From Thermostichus sp. DRC_bins_24 (GTDB lineage Bacteria; Cyanobacteriota; Cyanobacteriia; Thermostichales; Thermostichaceae), in contig JAUQVK010000097.1 of assembly GCA_039794845.1 (NCBI GenBank), forward strand, positions 1 to 44,368: DNA of 44,368 nucleotides, in the 5' to 3' direction. Position 1 is the stretch's first letter; each line of letters starts with the position of its first letter. A program made the translations under genes and the position numbers. Positions 13,648-23,025 of the stretch are shown here, in pieces. The notes below the pieces were generated by a model that made no database searches, was not told the origin of the DNA, and was given only the letters and a program-made list of their open reading frames with translations.

Positions 13648-14001
13648 TTAGCTGCACTGCTGGGTCAGCCGCTGCCACAGCTGGGGGGGGATGCACTCAT
13701 GAGGACACTTCAGGGACTGAATTTGAGGCAGATCTTCGGGCAAATAGTGTAGGGCCACCCTCGCCGTCGGATCCAAAAGGCTGCGGCGCCTCTGGGGGTG
13801 CTCCTCAGCTTCCCCCAGAAACACATCCAGCCACTGATCCTGTTTTTGGTAGCGAATCCTCAAAGCAGGTTCTGCAGAGAACGGAGCCTCTTGGCGGTAA
13901 AGCTGAAAGCCCCGCTCAGGACTCCAGCCCAACCACCACTGGGGAGCCCACCGGCCCAAATGGGTATGCCAAATGCCTGACCCAACCTGCTGCCATGCCA
14001 T
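13648..14001 (-). CDS. Hypothetical protein (117 aa)
   Basis: ATG-started ORF convergent with the upstream gene and filling the gap. No recognised motif. Confidence 0.6.
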   Translation of the reverse strand: MAWQQVGSGIWHTHLGRWAPQWWLGWSPERGFQLYRQEAPFSAEPALRIRYQKQDQWLDVFLGEAEEHPQRRRSLLDPTARVALHYLPEDLPQIQSLKCPHECIPPQLWQRLTQQCS

Positions 14002-14653
14002 GCTTACAACTCCGCTACCCCGTTGCGTCGGGGATCCCTACTGGACTGAAAGTTGGTTTGACTGCTACTCAGCCAGAAACCTTACCAGACTCCTCTAGCT
14101 TAATGCAAGTCTTTTGCAAGGAGTCGGAGAGGCTGTCGACAAATCGGTAGCAACAACTATTGCAATTTAGTCTCAATAAAGGTATGCTGTTCCCAAGTTG
14201 AGTGGTGGAGTTAAATCCATCAATCTTCCTCTCTTGTCTTGGATGTGTCATAGGGATCCCGTGCCGGCAGAGTTAGCCATCCTGCTGGGGGCAGGGATCC
14301 CTCTTCCTCCAAAAGCGAGAGGCTACTTATTGCGACCCAATCTTAATTTCATTCGGTTTGACTCCTTCCACGTTCTGGCGGCTGGCTTCAGCGACGGGAT
14401 TCTCAGCTCGGCGCAGGGAGGTGTTTTTGTGTAGAGTTCCTGAAGGAAGATAGAAGCCTTAAGAAGTAAAATATCCGTTAAGTTTTTGTAGGGGAATCTT
14501 TTTCCCTACGCTTGTTTTGTATGCTATTCCTGCCTTGATCTTGTGCGATCTTGTGCTGAGCAAGAGATGGAAAAGTTAAGAAAAAAAGGATCAAACAGAT
14601 GAATCTTCAGATAAGATCGGGGCGGCGTTGACGCTAACCGCGACGAAGAGATT

Positions 14654-14690
14654 GGAGGGAGGATATCCTAACATCCTCTCTCCTTTTCTT
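14654..14690 (+). terminator. Intrinsic terminator-like hairpin
   Basis: GGAGGGAGGAT-8 nt-ATCCTCTCTCC stem followed by TTTTCTT. Confidence 0.5.
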
Positions 14691-14754
14691 ATGGGATCCC
14701 TACATGAATCTATCTCTATGAGACTCTATGAGACTGTCTTAGGGTTTTAAGTCT

Positions 14755-15510
14755 TTAAAGAGTGGCGCCCCGATCCTGTAACCACTGAATGGCCATTCTA
14801 TGCTGGCGCTTTTGTGCGTAGGCTAGGGGGGTATGTCCATCCTCATTGCGGGGATTCAACTCGGCCCCGTTTTCGAGCAAAACTTCCAGCATTTGGACAT
14901 GACCTTCCCAAGCGGCCCAGTGCATGGGTGTAGCCCCAAATCGATTGCGCGCATTCACATTCGCCCCGTACAAGAGCAAAAAGCGGGCAATGCCCAAATG
15001 CCCTTGGGTAGCGGCTTCGTGCAGCGGGGTTCGGCCTGTTTCATCCGCGGCATCCACCGGGGATCCCTTGGCCAAGAGGCGTGCCAAAATGCTTTTACGC
15101 CCGGTGGCGGCAGCCCAATGGAGAAGAGCATGGCTATTCGCCCCTTTTTCGATCAATAAGCCGATGACCTCTGCCTGATCGGTTAAAGCAGCCCGATGCA
15201 AAGGGGTATATCCATAGCAATCTGGGAGATTAATCTCGCTGCCTGCCCTCAAAAGACGACCCACAAGGGTGACCTGCCCCCTCGCCGCAGCCAAATGCAG
15301 AGGAGTTGCCCCTGCAGGATCCAAAGCATTGGGGGAAGCACCATAAGCCAATAGCAAATCCAACAGCTCTATATTGCCAAGAACAGCTGCTTTATGAAGT
15401 GGAGTCAATCCTTGAGCATCGGGAGTATTGACATCCTCCCCTTGTTGTAAATAAGTTAACAACTTCTGTGAATTTTGATCCTCAAGGGCTTGGTGAAGGG
15501 CTTCACTCAT
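14755..15510 (-). CDS. Ankyrin repeat protein
   Basis: Repeated GxTPLHxAA motifs. Confidence 0.95.
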   Translation of the reverse strand: MSEALHQALEDQNSQKLLTYLQQGEDVNTPDAQGLTPLHKAAVLGNIELLDLLLAYGASPNALDPAGATPLHLAAARGQVTLVGRLLRAGSEINLPDCYGYTPLHRAALTDQAEVIGLLIEKGANSHALLHWAAATGRKSILARLLAKGSPVDAADETGRTPLHEAATQGHLGIARFLLLYGANVNARNRFGATPMHWAAWEGHVQMLEVLLENGAELNPRNEDGHTPLAYAQKRQHRMAIQWLQDRGATL

Positions 15511-16237
15511 AGAAAAGAGTTGAGCAAAAAGAAGGGATTCTCAGTTGGGCAGGATGCCGGGCTCGGGGTAGCTTGGGCAAAGTCTAACACTGGATCCCGC
15601 TCTGCTGTCCTACTGGGCTGGGACGCTAGGGAGGGACTGGCAATGGGAGCTGTGGAGCTCGGTGCTCGGCCATGAAAACCTTTCCCCTCGGAACTTGCAG
15701 ACCTATCTAGCTACCCCTCAAGCAGGTGGGTCAACCCTTTCAAGAAATTCGGATCCCGCTGGGTACACCGAAGTTTGCCGGGCAAATGGCTGCCTATTTC
15801 CCCACAGACCGAGTTCCCGTCTTGCGGCGTAGCTTTTTAACCCTTTGGGATTCATTTTTGGGATTTATTGGCGATTGTGGAAGATTGGGTATGGTCACTC
15901 CAGATAAGAACGATGCACTTTCTGACCCTTGCAGATGCCATGATGCGCCCGTGGTCAGCCAGCTCCAGAGCTCCAGATCTATGGGGTGAAGTTGCAGGAC
16001 CCTGTGGCAGCCCATGCAGAAGCGTGTTGGCTTTGCCTGTCTTTCAAGAGTGGAGAGTGGCGGCAGCAGAACCAGAGATGCTCGTGACAGTATAAACAGG
16101 AGCAGGTTTGCGACTGGTCAAGCCTCAGCTGCCATGGCATGATCGGCGTACCGGCAGGCTGCGGCCGGTTTGCGGCTTAAGAGCCTTGCCCGAACTTGTT
16201 CAAATCTTTTCTCTACCCCTTACCCTCGCCGCCGTTT

Positions 16238-16807
16238 ATGGATTACTACGCGATCCTGAACGTGTCTCCTGAAGCAGATACGGAAGAAGTGAAGCAGGCG
16301 TTTCGTCAGCTGGCTCGACGGTTTCACCCCGACGTGGCAGGGGAGGGATCCCGAGAGCGGTTTCAACAAATCCGCCAAGCCTATCAGGTGCTGAGCGACC
16401 CCGAACAGCGGCGGCGATACGACGCGCAGCGGCAATCACCTCCCCCCAGCGCTCCTGCCCCGAGGGAGGGTCGGGTCGTCGTCCGCCCTGGATCTGCTTC
16501 GGGAGAATCGCCCGATCAAGAGCTGCTCAAGGAGGGGATTGCCCGGGTCAAGGCGGCCTGGCGCAACCGACAATTGCCCATGGCGGTGGCCCAGGCGGAG
16601 GCTCTGCTTAAACGGTTTCCCCACGCCAGCGAGGCCATCCACATCTTGGCTTTGGCCTACCAGCGCTTCGGCAATCACTTGATCTACGAAGGGCGTACCC
16701 AACAGGCGGAAGCCTATCTGAGAAAGGCCCTGGCCACCGAGCCGCGCAATCGGGAGTTGGCGTTTGAGGTGAAGCGGGATCTGGCCCGTCTGGGCATTCA
16801 TGACTAG
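16238..16807 (+). CDS. DnaJ-domain protein with C-terminal TPR-like helices
   Basis: MDYYAILNV...FHPDV...[15 protein letters not shown]. Confidence 0.9.
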   Translation: MDYYAILNVSPEADTEEVKQAFRQLARRFHPDVAGEGSRERFQQIRQAYQVLSDPEQRRRYDAQRQSPPPSAPAPREGRVVVRPGSASGESPDQELLKEGIARVKAAWRNRQLPMAVAQAEALLKRFPHASEAIHILALAYQRFGNHLIYEGRTQQAEAYLRKALATEPRNRELAFEVKRDLARLGIHD

Positions 16808-16862
16808 TGCTTGGGTTCGAGTCTACCCGCCGATTAGCTAAAGCCAAGACTCAACTTTAGAC

Positions 16863-18293
16863 TCAACTTTGCTTGTTCAACAGGTCGGCGGCCCATTGCT
16901 GCACCTGCTTGCGGTTGACCTTACCCTGGGGGCTGCGCGGGATCCCTGCACACCAGAGCCAGTGTTTCGGACGTTTGAAGGGGCTCAGTTGGCGGCTCAA
17001 GTGCCGGTTCAGTTGGTTTTCCAGTTCTGTCGGGCTCCCTGTTTTGGGTTTGGGGACAACGACTGCCACCACCTGCTGCCCCCACTCCGCATCCGGCAAG
17101 CCCAACACCCACACATCCTCCACCCAGCCCGTGGCGCGGATCTCCCCTTCCACCTCGGCGGCCATCACCTTTTCCCCGCCCGTCAGGATCAGATCATCCG
17201 CGCGCCCCAGCCAGTACAGGGATCCCTCTTGATCCAGATAGCCCAAATCCCCTGGGACAAAGCTTTGCTGCTGCCAAAGGTGAGGGTAGTACCCCAGGGC
17301 CAACGACTCTGCTTGGATGTGAAGGGTGCCCACGGCCTGACCGGGTAGGGGATCCCCTTGGTCGGTGCAAACCTGGAGAGTGGCATGGGGCAGAGGCCGA
17401 CCCAGACTCTCGTTCCCTTGCAAAAATTGCTCCGGCAATAAGGTGCACACCTGGGAAGCGGTCTCCGTCATGCCATAGGTAGGAGAGAGGGGAAGGTGAA
17501 GCCGGCGGGCCTGTTGCCTCAAGCTGGGCCAAGTGGGGCCACCCCCAACCAAGATGGCACGAAATTGGCGCAGGGCTTCCAGCACCGCCGGCTGGGAGTT
17601 GTGCAAAAGCCGTTGCAGCTGGGTGGGCACAAGCGACAGAAAACTCCCCGGCAAGGGGGGATCCCAACGGTTGGCCTGCTGCTGTTGTTTCCAATCCCAA
17701 AGCACCAACCGGCCGCCGCTCAGCCAGGAGCGGATTGCCTGCATCAAACCGCTGACATGGTACAGCGGCAAAACACAGTAGCTGTGCACGGCCCCGACGG
17801 CAAAATGCTGTTGATGAGCTTTGGCAGATGCGCCGAGGGTGAGCCAGGAGTGGATGGCCCATTTCAGGTTGCCGCCGGAGCCGCCGGTGGGAATACAAAG
17901 GGGTGGCCAATGGGGGTTGGGCAACGCCTTCAGAAGATCCTGGAGGAGCGGATTGAACGGGTTGGGATCCCCCTGCAACCGCCCCTGTCGCCAATACCAA
18001 CCGGATCCCAGGGTTGCTAGAGCCTGTGCCCACTCCCGGGATCCCCAGCTGGGGTTGCCCAAAAACAGCGGGATCCCCAAACGTTGACAGGTCAGAACGA
18101 TCGCCCATACCTGCACGGGATCCGACTCCGCCACCAGCAACGGCACCGTCCCTCCTGCCAAAGGTCGCAGGTGTTGCTCCAGCTCCGATAGCCGCTCCTT
18201 CAGGGCCGGAGAATCGGGATCTTGCTCCGCAAGGTGCGGAGCACCATCTTGCTCCGCAAGGTGCGGAGCACCATCAAGCTTTAAGTCGTGCAT
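16863..18293 (-). CDS. menE: O-succinylbenzoate-CoA ligase
   Basis: PTGGSGGNLK, PLYHVSGL, YGMTETASQ, GDLG and GRADDLILTGGEKV motifs. Start uncertain (18293 or 18314). Confidence 0.88.
   Translation of the reverse strand: MHDLKLDGAPHLAEQDGAPHLAEQDPDSPALKERLSELEQHLRPLAGGTVPLLVAESDPVQVWAIVLTCQRLGIPLFLGNPSWGSREWAQALATLGSGWYWRQGRLQGDPNPFNPLLQDLLKALPNPHWPPLCIPTGGSGGNLKWAIHSWLTLGASAKAHQQHFAVGAVHSYCVLPLYHVSGLMQAIRSWLSGGRLVLWDWKQQQQANRWDPPLPGSFLSLVPTQLQRLLHNSQPAVLEALRQFRAILVGGGPTWPSLRQQARRLHLPLSPTYGMTETASQVCTLLPEQFLQGNESLGRPLPHATLQVCTDQGDPLPGQAVGTLHIQAESLALGYYPHLWQQQSFVPGDLGYLDQEGSLYWLGRADDLILTGGEKVMAAEVEGEIRATGWVEDVWVLGLPDAEWGQQVVAVVVPKPKTGSPTELENQLNRHLSRQLSPFKRPKHWLWCAGIPRSPQGKVNRKQVQQWAADLLNKQS
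18222..18275. repeat. Two tandem 27-bp hairpin repeat units inside menE
   Basis: TTGCTCCGCAAGGTGCGGAGCACCATC x2 directly after GATC; encodes DGAPHLAEQ twice. Confidence 0.92.
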
Positions 18294-18300
18294 AGCAAGA

Positions 18301-18582
18301 TCAAGAGCTGGCACCCACCTCTCCTTGATTCACCGGCAACTCAATCATCAAATCCACTCGGGTGGCCACCAGAGCGATTGCCTGTAACACCGCCCCCATC
18401 TGTTCTTTTAGACTGGTCAATTCCTGCTCCAAAGACTGAACCCGTCCCGCCAGCCCACCAGAAAGATGGCCCTGAATCAAGGCGGTGAGGGTGGCTTCTG
18501 GCGAGGGATCCCCGCGCTCCTGCTGCAGCTGGATCAACTGCTCGTAGACATCCTTGGGCAAAGCAATTGACATCATGTCCAT
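18301..18582 (-). CDS. Small hypothetical protein, possible ribbon-helix-helix N-terminus plus coiled coil
   Basis: MSIALPKDVYEQLIQLQQERG pattern, then heptads; abuts menE. Confidence 0.65.
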   Translation of the reverse strand: MDMMSIALPKDVYEQLIQLQQERGDPSPEATLTALIQGHLSGGLAGRVQSLEQELTSLKEQMGAVLQAIALVATRVDLMIELPVNQGEVGASS

Positions 18583-18724
18583 ACAGTCGCGGCGGTTTTG
18601 CGGATCCCCTGCATTGTAGAGGAATCCCTGTTCGGGATCCGCCTGGGGGGATCCCAGAGGAACTGAGAGGATAGGTTTGGGCTTGGCTTATGATGATCTA
18701 GGTTCAAATCGGGAGGTTGGTGTC

Positions 18725-18838
18725 GTGATCGAGCCAATTTTGTTGGGGATCGTTTTGGGTATGGTGGTGGTTACGTTGGCGGGCTTGTTTGTGGCCGCCT
18801 ACCTGCAGTATCAACGGGGCAACAAGATCGGTTTGTAA
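18725..18838 (+). CDS. petG: Cytochrome b6f subunit V (PetG), 37 aa
   Basis: Not in the ORF track. GTG start after [42 protein letters not shown]. Confidence 0.95.
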   Translation: MIEPILLGIVLGMVVVTLAGLFVAAYLQYQRGNKIGL

Positions 18839-18879
18839 GGCTGAACGGTTTCGGCAGGCCCGAGATGGATTGAGGTGGC

Positions 18880-20544
18880 ATGGCGATGCACTGGCTGCGC
18901 ACTGTTGCTGCTTTACGGGAGCATGTGGCTACCTGGCGGGGATCCACCGTTGGCTTGGTGCCTACGATGGGATCCCTGCACGAAGGTCATCTCAGCCTGA
19001 TCCGCCGCTGCCGCCAAGAGTGTGACCATACGGTGGTCAGCATTTTCGTCAACCCGCTGCAATTTGGCCCCCATGAAGACTGGGAGCGCTACCCCCGCGA
19101 CGGGGAAGGGGATCGGGCGTTGTGTGCAGCCGCCGGGGTGGATGTTGTCTTTGCTCCGGATCCGGAGGAAATGGGGGCCGATCTTGCTACACAAGGTGCG
19201 GAGCACCATCGGGCCAGAGGCGGTGACCGCACTTGGGTGATGCCCCCCGAATCTCTGCTGCAAACCCTCTGTGCCCCCCATCGCCCCGGCCATTTTCGCG
19301 GAGTGGCGACGATTGTTTTGCAACTGTTGAACATCGTGCAGCCGCAACGGGCCTACTTTGGCCAAAAAGATGCCCAGCAACTGAGGATCATTCAGCGCCT
19401 TGTGCAGGATCTGCAGCTGCCCACCACGATTGTCCCTTGCCCGATTGTTCGGGAAGCAGATGGCCTTGCTTTCAGCTCCCGCAACCGTTATCTTTCGGCA
19501 TCTGAGCGACAGGTGGCCTTGGGGCTGTACCGAGCTTTGCGGCGGGGGTACGACCGTTGGCAAGCAGGGGACACTTCTGCCGAGGGAATCCTCTCGGCAG
19601 CCCGAGCTGAACTCGACCGTGACCCGCAGCTACAGCTGCAGTATCTGGAACTGGTGGATCCACAAACTCTCCAACCCCTCCATCATGTGGAACACGAAGG
19701 TCTCTTGGCCATTGCCGCCTATGTGGGGCAAACTCGCCTCATCGACAACCTGCTGCTCTCACCGGAACCCGCGCCGGAAGATGGGGATCCCCTGCGGGAG
19801 GTGCAACCGGCTGCAAGGCCAGAGGGAACTTCGGCTGTCCGTCGCCCATTGATCGCCATCGATGGCCCGGCCGGGGCCGGAAAATCGACGGTGGCCCGGG
19901 CCGTGGCGGCCCAGCTGCACCTGCTGTACCTGGATACAGGGGCGATGTATCGGGCGATCACCTGGCTGGCGCTGCAGCAAGGGATCCCTTTAGACGACGC
20001 GGAAAAACTGACTCAACTGGCCGCCCAAACCCAGTTGACCTTGAAGAGTGGCACCTCCTCTGTGGAGCCAACCCGCATCTGGGCCAACGGCGAAGAAATT
20101 ACCCAGGCGATTCGCTCCCCGGAAGTCACCCGCTGGGTTTCCCAGGTTTCGGCAGTGCCGGGGGTACGGCAGGAGTTGGTGAAGCGGCAACGCAGCATTG
20201 GCCGAGATGGCGGCGCGGTTCTGGAGGGTCGGGATATTGGCACCCACGTCTTTCCCGATGCGGAGCTGAAGGTGTTTTTGACAGCTTCGGTGGAAGAACG
20301 AGCGCAACGGCGACAACATCAACTGCAAGCGCAAGGGCAACAGGTGGCCTTAGAGGAATTGGAAGCACAAATTCAACAGCGGGATCGCCGTGACAGCGAA
20401 CGGCCCATTTCCCCCCTGCGGCCTGCCCCCGATGCCATTTTGATCAACACGGATCACCTCAGCCAATCGGAGGTGCAAGACAAAATTGTGATGCTGTACC
20501 GGCAGCTGTTGGCCCGGTCGAGCACGCCGCGTTTTGATCAATGA
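18880..20544 (+). CDS. panC: Bifunctional pantoate-beta-alanine ligase / cytidylate kinase
   Basis: VPTMGSLHEGH, RPGHFRGV and FGQKDAQQ, then IAIDGPAGAGKST and EGRDIGT (Cmk). Confidence 0.96.
   Translation: MAMHWLRTVAALREHVATWRGSTVGLVPTMGSLHEGHLSLIRRCRQECDHTVVSIFVNPLQFGPHEDWERYPRDGEGDRALCAAAGVDVVFAPDPEEMGADLATQGAEHHRARGGDRTWVMPPESLLQTLCAPHRPGHFRGVATIVLQLLNIVQPQRAYFGQKDAQQLRIIQRLVQDLQLPTTIVPCPIVREADGLAFSSRNRYLSASERQVALGLYRALRRGYDRWQAGDTSAEGILSAARAELDRDPQLQLQYLELVDPQTLQPLHHVEHEGLLAIAAYVGQTRLIDNLLLSPEPAPEDGDPLREVQPAARPEGTSAVRRPLIAIDGPAGAGKSTVARAVAAQLHLLYLDTGAMYRAITWLALQQGIPLDDAEKLTQLAAQTQLTLKSGTSSVEPTRIWANGEEITQAIRSPEVTRWVSQVSAVPGVRQELVKRQRSIGRDGGAVLEGRDIGTHVFPDAELKVFLTASVEERAQRRQHQLQAQGQQVALEELEAQIQQRDRRDSERPISPLRPAPDAILINTDHLSQSEVQDKIVMLYRQLLARSSTPRFDQ
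19184..19210. repeat. Third copy of the 27-bp hairpin repeat, inside panC
   Basis: TTGCTACACAAGGTGCGGAGCACCATC after GATC (2 mismatches to the menE copies); encodes LATQGAEHH. Confidence 0.9.
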
Positions 20545-20738
20545 GCCTTTTCAGGGGCTGGTCGGGTGCTCCGGGGATCCCGCTCTGATCGAGGGTATGG
20601 AGATGGGTGCTGAGCTTGGGCAAAACCGCTAAGGTAATGAGATGCTGGCTGGGATCCCGCCGACGAAGATGGGCCGATCTGCTGTTTTCTGGATGAGCCA
20701 AAGCCATCTCCTGCGTGCGGTGCACGACTCGGAGGAGT

Positions 20739-21767
20739 ATGGTTAACGCCCTCCTCTTGGCCTTTTTGTTGCTCCTCTCAGGAGCGTGTTCTGGGGCCGA
20801 AACCGCCATCACAGCCATGGATAACCTGCGCCTGGAATCCCTGATCGAAGAACAAGGGGATCCCCAGGGGGTGTATCGACTGGCCCAACAACAACGTTCT
20901 CGGCTGATCACCACTCTGTTGCTGGTCAACAACTTCGTCAACATCGGCATTGCCGCCCTGGCAACCACCATCTCGATTCAGCTGCTGGGATCCCAGTTTG
21001 GGGCCTTGGTGGCAACCGTTCCAACCACGATTGTGGTGCTCTTGTTTGGGGAGGTGGCACCCAAATCTTTGGCGGTGAGCCATCCCCTAGCGGTGTTTCG
21101 CTGGATGGTGCGGCCTGTTCATACCCTATCGGTGCTGCTGCGCCCGTTTATTCAGGCCTTTGAGTGGATCGTCAGTAAACTTTTTAACCTGTTGGAGCTC
21201 TCCCCACTGACGGCAACGGCTTCTCTTAAGGATTTGGAGCTGCTGATCGATGTGTTGGGGCAACGGGGGCTGCTGGATTGGCAAAAGCGGCGCCTGTTTC
21301 GCGGGGCCTTGGCTCTGGATTTGATCCAGGCACGGGATGTGGCCAAACCTAGGGTAAAAATGGAGACGATCTCCCACGACAAAACGCTCCAGGATGTGGT
21401 GAAGCTCTGTTTGGAAACCGGCTATTCGCGCATCCCGGTGCAGGGAGACTCTAAGGATGAGATCGTCGGCATCATCCACCTGAAACAAGCCCTGCGCCAT
21501 CTGGAACAAAAAGGCAATGGTGAGGTGACCAAGGCGATGAGTCCCCCTCTTTTTGTGCCGGATACCAAGCGCATTAGCCTGCTCCTCAAAGAAATGCTGC
21601 GCTCCCGTCAACACTTGGGAATTGTGGTGGATGAATTTGGTGGCACCACCGGCCTGATCACACTGGAGGACATCTTGGAGGAACTAGTGGGGGATATCTA
21701 CGATGAGAGCGATCTTTCCCCTCTGCTGCTACAGCGACAACGGCGACAAAATGCCTCTTCCCCTTAG
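20739..21767 (+). CDS. CNNM/CorB-type (hemolysin family) DUF21 + CBS protein
   Basis: SGAETA, FGEVAPK, GYSRIPV and VVDEFGGTTGLITLEDILEELVG motifs. Confidence 0.92.
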   Translation: MVNALLLAFLLLLSGACSGAETAITAMDNLRLESLIEEQGDPQGVYRLAQQQRSRLITTLLLVNNFVNIGIAALATTISIQLLGSQFGALVATVPTTIVVLLFGEVAPKSLAVSHPLAVFRWMVRPVHTLSVLLRPFIQAFEWIVSKLFNLLELSPLTATASLKDLELLIDVLGQRGLLDWQKRRLFRGALALDLIQARDVAKPRVKMETISHDKTLQDVVKLCLETGYSRIPVQGDSKDEIVGIIHLKQALRHLEQKGNGEVTKAMSPPLFVPDTKRISLLLKEMLRSRQHLGIVVDEFGGTTGLITLEDILEELVGDIYDESDLSPLLLQRQRRQNASSP

Positions 21768-21782
21768 ATGGATAAAAAGGGA

Positions 21783-22094
21783 TCACCCAACTTCCAGGGG
21801 ATCCGAGTCCGGGGCTTCAGGATCTTCGAGAGGGGTGAGTTCCACAAAGCCAGGATCGACGGGATAGCGGGCCACAAAAAAGATCCAGAGGCTGTGGATC
21901 CCTAAGCTCAAGCCCCACCAACCCAGCAGGGGCACCAACCACGGCCAATCAGCCCGGTACAGTTGTTGAAAAAACACCAGCCCAGACCCGCTACAGAGAA
22001 AAATGGCAATGTGGGCGGCATAGGTATAGCGATCATCCAGCTTGCGAAATTCGGGATCCTGACGGGAGGGTTTACGAGGCCAGCGAGGAGGCAT
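21783..22094 (-). CDS. 2TM-domain protein
   Basis: MPPRWPRKPSRQDPEFRKLDDR start characteristic of the cyanobacterial 2TM family; two TM helices. Confidence 0.82.
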   Translation of the reverse strand: MPPRWPRKPSRQDPEFRKLDDRYTYAAHIAIFLCSGSGLVFFQQLYRADWPWLVPLLGWWGLSLGIHSLWIFFVARYPVDPGFVELTPLEDPEAPDSDPLEVG

Positions 22095-22113
22095 GGAAAT
22101 AACCTTTCAAAAC

Positions 22114-22743
22114 TTAGAGCCTTTTCAAGTGTAAAACAGCCCTTGGCGGGGATCCCTGAGGGGAGGAATCGACCTCCCTTTTGCGAAACAACAGCTTCAC
22201 CGCCCTTTTGCCCAGCCAATACAGCATCAAGCCCATCAACAGCACCGCCAACCCAGGGGCGATCACTGTTACCACCGCCAACACCAGAGCGGTGACATTC
22301 TCCCCCGTAGCCAACAGCGGATTGCCCAACCCTCCCGTGGTAGCAGAAGACACCAACCGCAACACATCCGTCGTACCTTGGGTGATCCCGGCTGCCCCAC
22401 CCCCAAGGATCGCTGCTAAAGTCCAGCGCAGCACCGGGCTCACTTCGCCAATATCCCCGAGCGCCGCCGACATCACCAGGATTCCGGCCACCACCGCCAC
22501 CGGTGTAGCCAGTACATCCAGAAGGTTATCCACCCAGGGCACGTAGTAGGCCGAAACCTCGAAAAACGTGGCCACGGCAAAGACCATCAGCGCCACCTCT
22601 GAGCCAATCCACTGTAAATCGGGAGCCAGAGTAAGGTGCCCAGCCCGAGCGGCCATGCTCATCACCAAGAGGGGCACAAAAATGCGAAAGCCACAAGCAG
22701 CACTGAGGCCCAGTCCCAAAAAAATGGCCATTAGGCTTTCCAT
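22114..22743 (-). CDS. DUF4126 family membrane protein
   Basis: GLGLSAACGFRIFVP, YYVPWVDNLLD and STTGGLGNP-like motifs. Confidence 0.88.
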   Translation of the reverse strand: MESLMAIFLGLGLSAACGFRIFVPLLVMSMAARAGHLTLAPDLQWIGSEVALMVFAVATFFEVSAYYVPWVDNLLDVLATPVAVVAGILVMSAALGDIGEVSPVLRWTLAAILGGGAAGITQGTTDVLRLVSSATTGGLGNPLLATGENVTALVLAVVTVIAPGLAVLLMGLMLYWLGKRAVKLLFRKREVDSSPQGSPPRAVLHLKRL

Positions 22744-23025
22744 TGCTCTTCCTTTCCATCTGGGTGATGATTTGGGCAGTGCCACTCTCCCCCTACTCTA
22801 GCCAAGAAGTTGGATTCTGTTGGATTCTAAAGAGTGATATGCCTCTTTCGTCACTCTAAGCAGAGGAGAACAGAATTGAGGTAGACATCCAAGCCGAGCA
22901 TGAGTCGTCACCTACTCCCCGAGGAAGCATAGGGCCATCTGTCTACGCCACGTCCTACCCGGTGAAGTTGAATCCTTATTTTTCATCAGCCTCTGAGAGG
23001 CACTTGCTCTGGCCGTCATTAAGAT

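Noticed and set aside
15511..16237. Short ORFs in the ankyrin-dnaJ intergenic region
   Set aside because: No recognisable motif or RBS; none can be supported.
16811..16835. GGTTCGAGTC as a tRNA fragment or att site
   Set aside because: No T-stem pairing or acceptor stem.
18222..18275. 27-bp palindromic repeats as a mini-CRISPR
   Set aside because: No spacer between units; they lie in frame within a gene.
22881..22946. GTAGACA...TGTCTAC inverted repeat
   Set aside because: Only 7 bp, with no further structure; may be chance.
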